From the IMG/VR virus record IMGVR_UViG_3300045988_178360: 53,669 nt of DNA. One strand, given 5' to 3'. This DNA is from a virus. Below, piece by piece: positions 17,401 through 27,353 of this stretch (positions are counted from its first letter, which is position 1; each line of letters opens with the position of its first letter). The position numbers were made by a program, and so were the translations under genes. The notes under the pieces are model-generated. The model was not told the origin of the DNA and ran no database searches. It saw only the letters and a program-made list of their open reading frames with translations.

Positions 17401-20199
17401 TTATCTAAAACAATTACTGGGGCTTTGGAAGGAGCTATTGATTCGTTTAATGATTTTGATTGGGGTGCTTTAGGTCAAAGTGTTGCTAAAGGGTTGGCAA
17501 GTATTGATTGGATTAATGTGCTTGGAGATTTAGGAGGATTATTAGCTTCTTTACAATTTAACCTTGTTAAGTTGTTAGGGGGTTTTTTAGGGCAAATGCT
17601 TTTAATATTTATGCAATCATTAGGAGGTTTAGGTGGTTGGATAATAGATGCTCTCTTTGGAAGTGGAACTGCTGGTCAAATTACTGACTGGTTCAATAAT
17701 AATATTATTCAACCGTTAAGTGAAGCTTGGAATAATTTCATGGCAGACCCATTAGGTTCTCTTGGAGGAGGAGTAATGGGTGGTCTTAGTTGGTTACTTG
17801 ATGCTTTTTTAAATACTGGAACAGTAGGTGCTTTAACCATGATATGGGAATGGTTAAACTCCAACATTATTTCACCATTACAAGAAGCTTGGAACCAATT
17901 TGCAAGTGACCCCTTAGGATATTTAATTAGCGGTGTTGAATTTGGAATTGGAATGTTGCTTGATGCTTTACTTGGAAATGGAGATACAGATGCTTTAACC
18001 AGCATATGGAACTGGTTAAACAATAGTATTATTCTACCATTACAACAAGCATGGAGTCAATTTGCATCAGACCCACTCGGATACCTTGCAGGAGTAATTA
18101 TTGACATAGGTCAATTCTTAAATAGTTTATTCGGTGATGTATGGACTGGAATAACTAATTGGGTGAATAATAATATTATACAACCAATAAGTCAAGCAAT
18201 ACAAACTGGTTTGGCAAACATACCTATTCTTGGAAGCATTCTTCAAATGTTAGGCTTAATTGATGGAGGAAATCAAACAGCTTCAAATAAAGGTAAAACA
18301 TTAGGAGATAAAATAGGGGATGCATTAAAACAAGCAATTTATAGTATCCCGATTGTTGGAGATATTCTCCGTATTTTAGGGATGATTGATGGGACTTATG
18401 GTACAGCTAACAGTAAAGGTCGTAATGTAGGTAAAAATATTAAAGATGGTGAAAAGTCAGGTCATCAAGGAACTTCGGGTAATGTTGCATCTGAAATGTT
18501 AGATGTTGTTAATGCAGTTGCTAAAGCAGCAGGTCAAGCATATAGTGCTGCAGTAAAAGTAGGGCAAAGTATATGGAATGGTATTAACAGTATACTTCAA
18601 AGGCATTCCCCAGGTTTTATTCATGACCAAGTTAAAGCAGAATTCCAGAATGATTTACCATCTGCTATTCTTGGAGCTACAACTAAGGTTTATGATAATG
18701 CAGCTTTAGTTGGTCAAGCTATGGTTGATGGTGTTACTCCGAGTGTTGATACTTTACAAACTCAAGTTTCTGATGCTTTATCTCAAACATATGATATTCC
18801 TCAACTTGATCCAGCAGTTGCTCAAATGTTGCAGGTTCAAGGTATGGATTCTTCTGCTAATCAAGATGCTTTAGCTCAGTATCAGTCTGATGCTCAATAT
18901 GCGGAGCAGTTGAATTATGATACTAGTATGAATACTATGAATACTTTCAGTACTTTGGGTACTGTTGTTGATGGTGTGTTTAATGGTATGGGTACTAGTA
19001 TGGTTACTGCTTATACTGGTATGAATACTAATCAGCAGACTTTGTTGACTGGTATGACTACTAAGAATCAACAAGCATATAATCAGATGCAAACTCAAAC
19101 TACCACTAGTTTGAATAATATGAGGAATAGTACTCAGAATGTTACTAATCAGATGACTAATGCTTGGGTGCATATGAAGGATAATATTGTTGCTAGTGCT
19201 AATCAGTTGAAAACACAATCAACAAGTCATTTTAATCAGTTAAGTGGTACTATTGGTCGTTTTTACCGTAAATTGCAAAACCCAAGTAGTTGGGGGGCAG
19301 GGGATCCTGATTCAACTCCAAGATACACTAATCGTGGAAGATATAATCGTGGTGTGAAAGCAGTTAACCGTGTTTTCGGTAAAACAAGTGGTAGTGCAGG
19401 CAGTCCAAGTTTAACCTCTAGTTTTGGAAAACATGGAGCAGGAACTCCTCCAACTGGTTTACCTGAATCAATGAAGTTAAATGATTTGCTGAAGATGATG
19501 TGTCCTAATGGTTCTTGTATTGGAACAAATCAAAAAGTTAATGTTAATGAGTTCTTGGCAAGTTTCATGAATGGTGCTTTTGGTACTTGGAGAGATTGGA
19601 GTCCGAAACATTTCAGTAAAATTAAAAACACCACTAATGAGTGGGATGCTAAATCTCCAAGGATTATGGGTTGGATTGATACTAATACTAATTTTAAAGT
19701 TAAAAGATTTTTGAATGGTCAGCCTAATGTTAGTTTTGATGAATTCAAACGTATGGCTGAAGCATTGTTTAGTGCTATTCAATATGATTTTTATATGGAT
19801 AGTAGTAAGTGTGGTAATTGGGTTGCTGCTTTGCAGACTGGTGCTGTGAATTGTTATGATGGTACTAATGCTTTATTGGCTTTGGCTCGTACCTGTGGTT
19901 TTAGTGGTAGTATGGCTCATGGTTCTTGGAATGGTGTTCCTCATGTGTGGGCTGTGATTAATGGTCAGAAAATGGACACTACTGGGTGGCAAAAGAGAAG
20001 AACTTGGACTCCTTCAGCATCTGCAGGTTCACCTTCTGGAAATATGGATATTGGTAATACAACAAACAATTCTATAACTGTTTCTGTCCGTATTGAGGGT
20101 GATGTGTACGGTGTTGATGATTTGGATAGTAAAATACAGAGTGGAGTTAAAAAGGGCATGGCAGAAGCTATGAATACTTCGAATATTATAGGGGTTTAA
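14464..20199 (+). CDS. Tape measure protein (1911 aa) with C-terminal Cys-His-Asp putative pseudomurein-endoisopeptidase/transglutaminase-like domain
   Basis: Very large ORF after the chaperones. It has a Ser/Thr-rich N-terminus, hydrophobic central segments and four ~36-aa tandem repeats (…NNNIIQPLSEAWNNF.ADPLG…). The C-terminus carries KCGNW (19806), HVWAV (19942) and D (19975) in the spacing of Pei/transglutaminase-like proteases. Confidence 0.7.
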   Translation: MANMGNAVTAMLKLDATDFTNNINRAVSAIDKLQTKANSNKSFSKLANSLATFRRELNKLESTSSVSSEALTKLSSNITRIGNALTVVKKFETEVQIFSKMANSVGQFTRALMNLNNTQRQTSSISNQTTNSIRTMGTSLNTVKSSTTGLTSSLNSVGTAGRTASSGLNSTSTSLNSISSSASSAVSSLNSTATTLNTIGSRINSTFTGLSAKANSASTSIKNVGTSTTTVSNSVGGLGKSASSSATGFNTLNNSISKSSQTAKAADGRYKTLSNTLFSLRGITSMVGAMFAFQLVQGFIDSTQQSIHAKSQMEAYQKTMGMSEHAVDSFNKKLNETVSTYKKMNKYSLGETVAGLGIEFNLTGKQMEGMMKTVARLQSEYLRAGRSAEEADLAVKDIMQGEFLRLSRETGVGKEDLKALGWSGDTKDIESLQRALDKVAEQRNWDAFAQQATSLSDVLAILKNRFGEFVADLTSIITPGIVGAFNLISDVFGSVEGWYKNSSFFTQGMTQFLGVASALAVLTTGLIAFKGHMGLAEIASAGFGRSLLGVALGFDKTTIASTSAMTMLKAWIAGTNTAIGKELSFGQAIASRILGLNRASVATNGVVTSLIGMSRGMKVAKDGTLLANSALKAYRSGTIAFKEAETALNGILQANGVQFKLTSSMISAYAARMDVAKMSSLSFVQKLAMLNPNISATQASTMKTSQALKAFAGSSAAAGLAVTGVLIVALIALAAAFAAIYDKCQQAKQAVEGFQDVVENGDDYIKDAKNREKYWTGVMNSAKQHKANATNARDSADAEKYLAHATNMAKSANMDYQASLKAVQQARSYDAQHKAQELKIQGENTQFLQEQYKKLGLSEDEAAYKANNLARSVEEGNRVINESLQKQALYLDQHNQSISNHIDRLRDGGASTKATTKYLDEQSAEVYKVSEAWKAFNQGDMWAGAKAMVGEFKIWWNDLNSYFTEGIPLDKSFEMMGQDLSKTITGALEGAIDSFNDFDWGALGQSVAKGLASIDWINVLGDLGGLLASLQFNLVKLLGGFLGQMLLIFMQSLGGLGGWIIDALFGSGTAGQITDWFNNNIIQPLSEAWNNFMADPLGSLGGGVMGGLSWLLDAFLNTGTVGALTMIWEWLNSNIISPLQEAWNQFASDPLGYLISGVEFGIGMLLDALLGNGDTDALTSIWNWLNNSIILPLQQAWSQFASDPLGYLAGVIIDIGQFLNSLFGDVWTGITNWVNNNIIQPISQAIQTGLANIPILGSILQMLGLIDGGNQTASNKGKTLGDKIGDALKQAIYSIPIVGDILRILGMIDGTYGTANSKGRNVGKNIKDGEKSGHQGTSGNVASEMLDVVNAVAKAAGQAYSAAVKVGQSIWNGINSILQRHSPGFIHDQVKAEFQNDLPSAILGATTKVYDNAALVGQAMVDGVTPSVDTLQTQVSDALSQTYDIPQLDPAVAQMLQVQGMDSSANQDALAQYQSDAQYAEQLNYDTSMNTMNTFSTLGTVVDGVFNGMGTSMVTAYTGMNTNQQTLLTGMTTKNQQAYNQMQTQTTTSLNNMRNSTQNVTNQMTNAWVHMKDNIVASANQLKTQSTSHFNQLSGTIGRFYRKLQNPSSWGAGDPDSTPRYTNRGRYNRGVKAVNRVFGKTSGSAGSPSLTSSFGKHGAGTPPTGLPESMKLNDLLKMMCPNGSCIGTNQKVNVNEFLASFMNGAFGTWRDWSPKHFSKIKNTTNEWDAKSPRIMGWIDTNTNFKVKRFLNGQPNVSFDEFKRMAEALFSAIQYDFYMDSSKCGNWVAALQTGAVNCYDGTNALLALARTCGFSGSMAHGSWNGVPHVWAVINGQKMDTTGWQKRRTWTPSASAGSPSGNMDIGNTTNNSITVSVRIEGDVYGVDDLDSKIQSGVKKGMAEAMNTSNIIGV

Positions 20200-20287
20200 C
20201 AAAACACACATAAATACCCTTTTTACATATATATGAGGCTATCTATTTAAGGTAGTTTCTTCAACTTTTTTTAGGAGGAAAAACAAC

Positions 20288-20761
20288 ATGGTACAACAAA
20301 GTTTCGTATTTGACATGACATTAATCGAAACATTCTGGGACAACTGGAATAAAACAGGATGGTATGGTGCAGACACCATGACACCATCAAAAACAGACTA
20401 TGAAATAATCATAGCAGACACATCAGACACAAATCAATTACATGATATTGATGATGCAATAGAAAATGGACAATTAAAAAACACAGTCAACATTCACACA
20501 GGAAAACTTGCAACAGTCAAATTAGTGTATGGTGGAGAAAGTGGATCATGGGAAAGAACAATCTCATTCCCTGAAGACAGTACAATAGATATTGGTGAGG
20601 ATAATATTTTTGTGAAAGCATTATTCATAAGACACACTACAACTAAAAAAGTTGTGGCTTACTGTATTTTATCAGATAGATTCCCATGCACTAATAAAAT
20701 AATTATTCCTGCAGGGACTATTGGTTGGAGGATTAAAGAAAATGTGAGGTGTGATGCATGA
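20288..20761 (+). CDS. Tail protein (157 aa), paralog of the next ORF (distal tail / baseplate candidate)
   Basis: Shares KALFIRHTTTKKVVAYCIL…IIPAGTIGW with KALFLCSADTGYVIAYSIV…VFPVNGVIW in the next gene. Confidence 0.4.
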   Translation: MVQQSFVFDMTLIETFWDNWNKTGWYGADTMTPSKTDYEIIIADTSDTNQLHDIDDAIENGQLKNTVNIHTGKLATVKLVYGGESGSWERTISFPEDSTIDIGEDNIFVKALFIRHTTTKKVVAYCILSDRFPCTNKIIIPAGTIGWRIKENVRCDA

Positions 20762-21213
20762 GTGATGCTGAATATATTTTTAATTTCAGAAGAGTTGATG
20801 ATTTTTTAGATAATATTAATCGTGAAGGTTATTTTGATACTGAAGATATGGATGGTTTGAATAAGAATTTTCGTTTTATGGTTTCAACTGATTGTCCTGA
20901 TAATATTAATGATTGTCTTGATGAGTTCGGTACTTTGAATAATAAAGTAACTTTGATAGATATTGGGGATAATGGTTTGGTTGCGATTAATTATAATCAT
21001 GGGATTAATGGTAATCGTTATATTAGTATTGCTCAAGGTAGTTTTCAAATTGATGTTGGTGATGGTTTCACTGATTTGAAAGCTTTGTTTTTATGTAGTG
21101 CTGATACTGGGTATGTGATTGCTTATAGTATTGTTCCGAAGACTGTTCGTGTTAAGAATGAGGTTGTGTTCCCAGTTAATGGTGTGATTTGGGATGTGAG
21201 GACTGAAGTATGA
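20758..21213 (+). CDS. Tail protein (151 aa), tandem paralog of 20288-20761
   Basis: As above, with an ATGA overlap. Confidence 0.4.
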   Translation: MSDAEYIFNFRRVDDFLDNINREGYFDTEDMDGLNKNFRFMVSTDCPDNINDCLDEFGTLNNKVTLIDIGDNGLVAINYNHGINGNRYISIAQGSFQIDVGDGFTDLKALFLCSADTGYVIAYSIVPKTVRVKNEVVFPVNGVIWDVRTEV

Positions 21214-24200
21214 AAACAGTTAAATATGCAACCAGTTTTGATGAAGTGGCTCATGGTGGAGTGGATTCTACTACTTGGAAAGATTTGAATAATATTCTTC
21301 AAGATACTGATACTTTTGCAACTGGTTCTTATGTTGATGGTAAAGTTCCACAGCAATTATATGTGTATGGTTTTCATTTGGATTTGAATGAACACCAATA
21401 TATTAAGGATATTACTTTTGAAGTGAAATTATCATGTAATTCTTCTGTTAAAACAACTGCTCCAGTAGGATTTGTGAATTATGGGAGGAGTATTGGGCAT
21501 AATAATTTAGATTTCACTAATACATTTAGAGTGGATAATGATAATCTTGTTAGTGTTTATAAAAATATTTATTCTTATAAAATAACTGAAGTGGATTTAC
21601 TTAGTAAAAATATTAAGAAATCAGAGATTAATTCTAATTTATTTGGTATTATTTTACAATTTCCTCCGAATCAGTTAGATTCATCAGGTTTAATATATTT
21701 GGATTGGGTTAGAGTAACTGTTAATTATGAAACACCTTATTTTGTGTTTGGTTCTGATTTCCCATTTACTTCAAGACAAGTGGATAGTTATAGTGTAGTG
21801 AATAATTTAGGGTATAATACTTCTTGTGGATTGCCATTTACTGCTAAAATCCAAATACAAAATATGTCTGCATCTAATTTGAAAGGTGGGGATAAATTAG
21901 AAGTGGATTTACCTAAAGGATTGCATATTAAAGATGTTGCTTGTACAAGATGTGAATGGGATAATAACACTAATACTTTAACATTGTTAAATCATGGTAA
22001 AAGTGGTGTTTGTTATGCTACATTTACATTCTACGGAAGAACAAGTGGTTATAAGTTAGTTAGATTCCATGGGGAGAATATTGGTTCATGGGATAGATGG
22101 TTATACATAAATAAAAATGCTAATATTGAAGCAGAAGCAGATGAGCAATTGGTTATTTCAACTAATGAATGTCATAAAGGTGCGGAGTCAATAATTACTG
22201 TTGATGGTAAAACTTTTAATAATGATGGTACTGCTGATTTTGAAGTGTTGCTTCCTAATCAAGGACAACCTTATAAGATAGTTGCTAATCTTGACCATTG
22301 CAGTAAAGATGTCACTGTTAAATCAGTTGATGCTCCTAATGGATTAATATCTTTTAATGTTCCTAAAGGAGAGTATGTTGATGTTAGTTTTGATGTTTAT
22401 TTTTATCCTGTGAAAACTGGTGATGCTACAGTTGAAGTAGTAGCTACAGATACTCAAACAACATATTCTTATGATTATTTTGTGGAAGCTCCTTATGATT
22501 ATGTGTTTTCTTTTAACTGTAAAGATACTTATGTTTGTGGAGGTAGATTAGTTTCAACTGTTGAAACTGGAGCTTATATTTTACCTTGTAGAACTGTAGA
22601 GCCTGAAAGTATTGTTAAAGTTAAAAAACCTACTTTATGCGCTAAAAGATTTGATGATATTGATTATATTGGTTGTGTTAAATTAAAACAAACACATTAC
22701 AAACCGAAATCCACTTTTAAAGATACTTTGCTTAATACTTATTATAAGAATAAAAGGTATATGGGTAAAAAAGGAGCTATTGATGAGGATATAAGTTTGA
22801 ATGTGAGATTGCCTCCTGTTGATGTGTCTACAGTTCAAGGTATGATTGAAATGGATAAACCAATTCCTATAAACACTAATCATTTGTGTTTTGAAGGAGA
22901 TGCTCTTAATCATCGTGGTTGGTGTGAAATTTACAAGATTACTACTGATAGAGTAGGTAATAATCCATTATGGTATGATTGTGATATAGATGTAAAATAT
23001 ATTACACATAATATTAATACAAGATTTTTAATCAATAAAGGAAGCAGAGTTTCTGATTATTTCCTCCCAAACCTGCTTAAACCAACTTATAAAAGTGGTT
23101 GTGACTTAAGCGATGCATTTTACTGCAGTTCAACTGGAACTATTGGTTATAATGGGGACAATGTTGATGTAAACCGTAGAAATATTGTAGTGTTAGATGA
23201 AAAGGAATATTTTAAAATAAGGTCACAGGATAAATTATCAATCAAATGTATGGTTGATATGAACTGGGCAAGTACGGTTAATACTGAATCAAGAGATAAT
23301 CATGTTTCAAGAATATTCCGTTTAGTTGATAGTGTTTCAGGTAATACAGTATTTGAATATGAGTATTTTGATTTTACACATGATGGAGAAGAGCATTCTT
23401 GCAGAGTTATTGGAAGAGTATTATATAAAGATGCTTATAAAGTAATTATTAATCGTAAAATCCAATTAGCTAATGATGCTACTGAACCAAATACTGGAAC
23501 TCCTTTATTTGGTTCTGATTTACAATTTAAATTATTGAATGATAAATTAACTGTTGTTGACACTGGTTTCTCTGGTAAAGAATTAATATTGGAAGACATA
23601 GCTCTTGAAAATGGGGATTATTATTTTGAAGTGGAATTAAAAAATAATAATCAAGATCTTGATGCAACTCCAATTATACATTATTTCAATTATCAGTTAA
23701 GTGAATTAACAATAAGTAACGAGTACAGTCCATATTATCAAAACTTACTTGTAAGTCCATTCCCAGTTCCAAACAAGGATATAATTTATACAAGAGAGTC
23801 TGAAGATGGAACTATCTTTTATTTAAATGATGATGGGACAGAATGCAGTTATAATTTAACACCATATTATCAATATCATACTGGAGTTAGTTTAGAGAGT
23901 AAGGAAGGAACACAATTAGTTAATTTAGATAATAGTCATTCAGTAGTTTACATTACTAATGGTTTAATTCGTGTGGGAGTAAATCGTTTAAATGGGAAAC
24001 TCACATTGTACAAGTATGATAGGATAAGTAAACAATATATTTTAACTAATACTTTGCAACTGACTAAGTATGATGATATGAATATTAACAGTTTTACTGA
24101 TGATAAAATAGAATTCCAAATATCAGACACTATTTTAACTGTTTGGAGAGGAAGACCTTTTGTTAGAGTATCTCACCCTACAGAGGATATTAACTTTTTA

Positions 24201-25295
24201 GATGAGTTTACTCGTGTGTATGCAGAGAGAGTGGGTGATTCAGTTAGTGAATATCCTCATAATTATGAATTAGTGGATAATAGTAATTTATTCCCAGTTT
24301 GTATTGGCAGTAAAAGATTGTTAAGGTCTGATTGTATTGGTGTTGATAGTGAGGAGTTTACTCCATCATATACTAATTTAAGTCTTACTTTGTTGAATAC
24401 TGATAATGTGGAAGTTTCTAAATTAGGTATTAGTCAACCTTGTAGGTTTAAGGTTTGGAGTGGTAATCTTGACTTTGCAGAAGTTTGTTTTATTGTTGAT
24501 GGGGAAATGATTCCTGCAACACTATATATGGACACCGGAGCATATAATCCTGGAAGTGAACCTCCTAATTATATTGAATATATTTTTGATGAAATTGGTG
24601 AGCATACTGTTCAGGCAGTTTGGGCTGAAGTTGATGGTTATGATTATGCTTTATCTGAAAAGGTTACGGTTGAAGTGTTTGATGATACTTATAAATTAAC
24701 TCCTTTATTTGATGATTATTTGTATTATGATCAAGGGGGTTGGGATTTCCTCTTGACCAGTGGTGGTAAACCAGTTCCTGCAGGTAAAGTGGTTAATATT
24801 ACTGCTAATGGTTTGGATTATCCTAAAGCTACGAATAGTAATGGTGTTGCTTATTTGGAGAACCATTTGTTGGTTGGTGATTATCTTATTGAAGCTAGTT
24901 TTTGTGAGAAATTGGCTGATGTTAATCCTGATGAGTATGATGTTAATGATATAGATGTTATTACTGCGAAAGCAAGTAAATCTTGTAGTGTTAAAAAAGG
25001 TTGGAGTCAAACAAGTGTGGTTAATAGTGAAGGTGCAGATATTTCGGGAACTACTGTTAAAAAAGGTACTTATGTTATTTGCACTATGACTGATAATTCA
25101 AATAAACCTATGAAGAATGTGGTTATTACTTTAACTGTTAATGGAGTGTCATATACGAGAGTTACGGATAGTAATGGTCAGGCAAGGTTGAATATTAATT
25201 TGTTAAGTAATACATATGATTTGCAGGTTAGTTTTGGTGGAAGTAATTTATATCAACCTTTAGTTAAGAATTTTGAGTTGGTTGTGGTGGATTAA
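21210..25295 (+). CDS. Large tail / baseplate adhesin-like protein (1361 aa) with C-terminal Ig/carboxypeptidase-regulatory-like repeats
   Basis: Huge ORF after the tape measure. C-terminal repeats such as GVAYLENHLLVGDYLIEA and GQARLNINLLSNTYDLQVSF resemble Big-like beta-sandwich modules. Confidence 0.5.
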   Translation: MKTVKYATSFDEVAHGGVDSTTWKDLNNILQDTDTFATGSYVDGKVPQQLYVYGFHLDLNEHQYIKDITFEVKLSCNSSVKTTAPVGFVNYGRSIGHNNLDFTNTFRVDNDNLVSVYKNIYSYKITEVDLLSKNIKKSEINSNLFGIILQFPPNQLDSSGLIYLDWVRVTVNYETPYFVFGSDFPFTSRQVDSYSVVNNLGYNTSCGLPFTAKIQIQNMSASNLKGGDKLEVDLPKGLHIKDVACTRCEWDNNTNTLTLLNHGKSGVCYATFTFYGRTSGYKLVRFHGENIGSWDRWLYINKNANIEAEADEQLVISTNECHKGAESIITVDGKTFNNDGTADFEVLLPNQGQPYKIVANLDHCSKDVTVKSVDAPNGLISFNVPKGEYVDVSFDVYFYPVKTGDATVEVVATDTQTTYSYDYFVEAPYDYVFSFNCKDTYVCGGRLVSTVETGAYILPCRTVEPESIVKVKKPTLCAKRFDDIDYIGCVKLKQTHYKPKSTFKDTLLNTYYKNKRYMGKKGAIDEDISLNVRLPPVDVSTVQGMIEMDKPIPINTNHLCFEGDALNHRGWCEIYKITTDRVGNNPLWYDCDIDVKYITHNINTRFLINKGSRVSDYFLPNLLKPTYKSGCDLSDAFYCSSTGTIGYNGDNVDVNRRNIVVLDEKEYFKIRSQDKLSIKCMVDMNWASTVNTESRDNHVSRIFRLVDSVSGNTVFEYEYFDFTHDGEEHSCRVIGRVLYKDAYKVIINRKIQLANDATEPNTGTPLFGSDLQFKLLNDKLTVVDTGFSGKELILEDIALENGDYYFEVELKNNNQDLDATPIIHYFNYQLSELTISNEYSPYYQNLLVSPFPVPNKDIIYTRESEDGTIFYLNDDGTECSYNLTPYYQYHTGVSLESKEGTQLVNLDNSHSVVYITNGLIRVGVNRLNGKLTLYKYDRISKQYILTNTLQLTKYDDMNINSFTDDKIEFQISDTILTVWRGRPFVRVSHPTEDINFLDEFTRVYAERVGDSVSEYPHNYELVDNSNLFPVCIGSKRLLRSDCIGVDSEEFTPSYTNLSLTLLNTDNVEVSKLGISQPCRFKVWSGNLDFAEVCFIVDGEMIPATLYMDTGAYNPGSEPPNYIEYIFDEIGEHTVQAVWAEVDGYDYALSEKVTVEVFDDTYKLTPLFDDYLYYDQGGWDFLLTSGGKPVPAGKVVNITANGLDYPKATNSNGVAYLENHLLVGDYLIEASFCEKLADVNPDEYDVNDIDVITAKASKSCSVKKGWSQTSVVNSEGADISGTTVKKGTYVICTMTDNSNKPMKNVVITLTVNGVSYTRVTDSNGQARLNINLLSNTYDLQVSFGGSNLYQPLVKNFELVVVD

Positions 25296-25297
25296 AA

Positions 25298-27220
25298 ATG
25301 ATTGTTGGAACTAAATATGATAAAGAATTAAAAGAAAAAGTGTTCTATGTTAGGGAAGTTGATAGTTACACTCATAAAACCACCACTAATTTAACTGTGG
25401 ATTGGGTTGATGGTGTTTTTACTTTAACTGCTGTTGTAAGTAATCTTATTGGTAAAGGTTTTGTTAAGTTTTATCGTGATGGTGTTGAAGTTGGTGAGCA
25501 GTATGTAAGTAAAACTGCTACTTTATTGTTGCAGTCTGAAACTAATACTGGTGTTTTTGTTGCGAAGTTCATGGGTAATAGTGATTGTTTAAAATCACAG
25601 TCAAGTGAAGTTAGTTACAGTTCTTTACCAGTTCCTGAATTTAGTTTAACTGTTGATAAAGATACTGGGGTTGTGGGAGATACTTTAACTTTCACTCCTC
25701 ATTTATCAGAGGGAGTTACTGGTTCAATAGTGTATACAGTTGATGGTGCAGAGTATACAAAGAATATTGGTGAAACATTTACTTATAAGTTCAATAAAAC
25801 AGGTAGTTTTATTATTAGTGCAGTTTATAGTGGTGATGAAACTCATCAAGGAGCTACTGCTTCTGTTTTGGTAACTATTAGTAAAATTAATCTTGTATTT
25901 ACTGGTAGTGCAAGTAGTACGAATGTTTATGTTGGTGAAACTGTTACTATCTCGGGTACTTTGGAAACAAGTACTGGTTCTCCGTTAGGTAATGTTAGAA
26001 TTATTGATGGGGCTGGTCAAGTTCAAGCAATAACTGGAGCTACTGGTGTTTGGAGTTTCACAAGTGTTGAGGATACTGTGGGGACAAGTGGTTGGAGTTT
26101 ATATCCTGATTTGGACTGGGATAAATATAATACTCCGAAAAATGTGGATATTCTAATTACAATAAGGAAGAAGGATACTGTTTTAACTTGTACTGTGGAT
26201 AAAACAAGTGTTACTGTCGGGGAGAATGTATTATGCACATTATATTTGAAAGACAATCAAAACAACCCATTAGCGAATAAAACAGTTTATTGTGGAGATT
26301 GGAGTAAAACTACTAATGATGAAGGTAGAGTAATATTTAATTATGCTAATCCAACAAGTGGGGTTGCTACAAGAGTGTTTAAGTTTGATGGGGATAATTT
26401 GTATAATGGTGCGAGTGTTACTGCAAAATGGACAGTTGTTCCAGCTGAATCACCACAAATCAGTATTAGTGCATCTACTTTGATTGGGGGGGTTGGTGAT
26501 GATTTACCAATCACCTTATCATCTAATCTTAAGAATACTGCTTTAACTGTATTATTGAATGATGCAGAGGTTGCAGATAGTGTTACTACTGATAATACTG
26601 GTAATGCCTCCTTTAATTATACTTGTACTGGTGCGGGGGATGTAAATGTGAAAGTCAAATACTTATCTGGAACGAATGTTTATTATTCAAACATACTTCA
26701 AGTTGAGGATTGTATTAAATATGGTTTTAAAGATTCTGATACTTGGATTAATCCAACTGGACATTCTGCAACTAATACAGTAGTTGATGGAGTATTTACA
26801 AGCACCAGCAACAGTAGTAAAGGAGATAGTATACTTCAATTAGACCTTACTGGGGATTTCATAATCACATATGATGCACAATGGCAAGCATCAACAAGAT
26901 GTGGAATCGGAGCAGAAGACACTACCCGTACACAACATTTCGATAGTGGAACAAACAGTAATGGAGCTAATCAGAAATATGTAAGTTATAATGGTTCTAA
27001 TGAAATAGATACAATTTATAAAAACAGTAATATTGCAGAATATGTTAATTGTAAAATAATTAAACACAATAATACTTTAACTGGTTATATGAATAATACT
27101 GAAGTTGTATCCGTTGATTATGGGTGGATAAGTACGTGTGCGGTTTGGAATTTCCACACCACAATATGGAATAGTGATAAAACATTGAAGATTAAAAACT
27201 TGAAGATTAAACCCCAATAA
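25298..27220 (+). CDS. Tail fiber / receptor-binding protein with Ig-like repeats and C-terminal lectin-like domain (640 aa)
   Basis: Repeated T/S/V-rich beta-strand modules, and a C-terminal ~180 aa region that looks like a concanavalin/GH16-like jelly roll. Confidence 0.45.
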   Translation: MIVGTKYDKELKEKVFYVREVDSYTHKTTTNLTVDWVDGVFTLTAVVSNLIGKGFVKFYRDGVEVGEQYVSKTATLLLQSETNTGVFVAKFMGNSDCLKSQSSEVSYSSLPVPEFSLTVDKDTGVVGDTLTFTPHLSEGVTGSIVYTVDGAEYTKNIGETFTYKFNKTGSFIISAVYSGDETHQGATASVLVTISKINLVFTGSASSTNVYVGETVTISGTLETSTGSPLGNVRIIDGAGQVQAITGATGVWSFTSVEDTVGTSGWSLYPDLDWDKYNTPKNVDILITIRKKDTVLTCTVDKTSVTVGENVLCTLYLKDNQNNPLANKTVYCGDWSKTTNDEGRVIFNYANPTSGVATRVFKFDGDNLYNGASVTAKWTVVPAESPQISISASTLIGGVGDDLPITLSSNLKNTALTVLLNDAEVADSVTTDNTGNASFNYTCTGAGDVNVKVKYLSGTNVYYSNILQVEDCIKYGFKDSDTWINPTGHSATNTVVDGVFTSTSNSSKGDSILQLDLTGDFIITYDAQWQASTRCGIGAEDTTRTQHFDSGTNSNGANQKYVSYNGSNEIDTIYKNSNIAEYVNCKIIKHNNTLTGYMNNTEVVSVDYGWISTCAVWNFHTTIWNSDKTLKIKNLKIKPQ

Positions 27221-27353
27221 AATAAAAAATTTTTTTGATTAATATGTATAATTTAAAATGCGACCAAGAATGTAAACATGATAAAAACGAAGAAGTAGAA
27301 AAATGTTGCTACTACCGCAACAACAAATGCCTATTAAAAGGAAGTGATAAAAA

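Noticed and set aside
14844-20211. Minus-strand ORFs inside the tape measure gene (14844-15119, 15656-15844, 17709-18023, 18871-19218, 19477-19782, 19965-20211)
   Set aside because: Shadow ORFs antisense to a very long, clearly coding gene. Their compositions are low-complexity.
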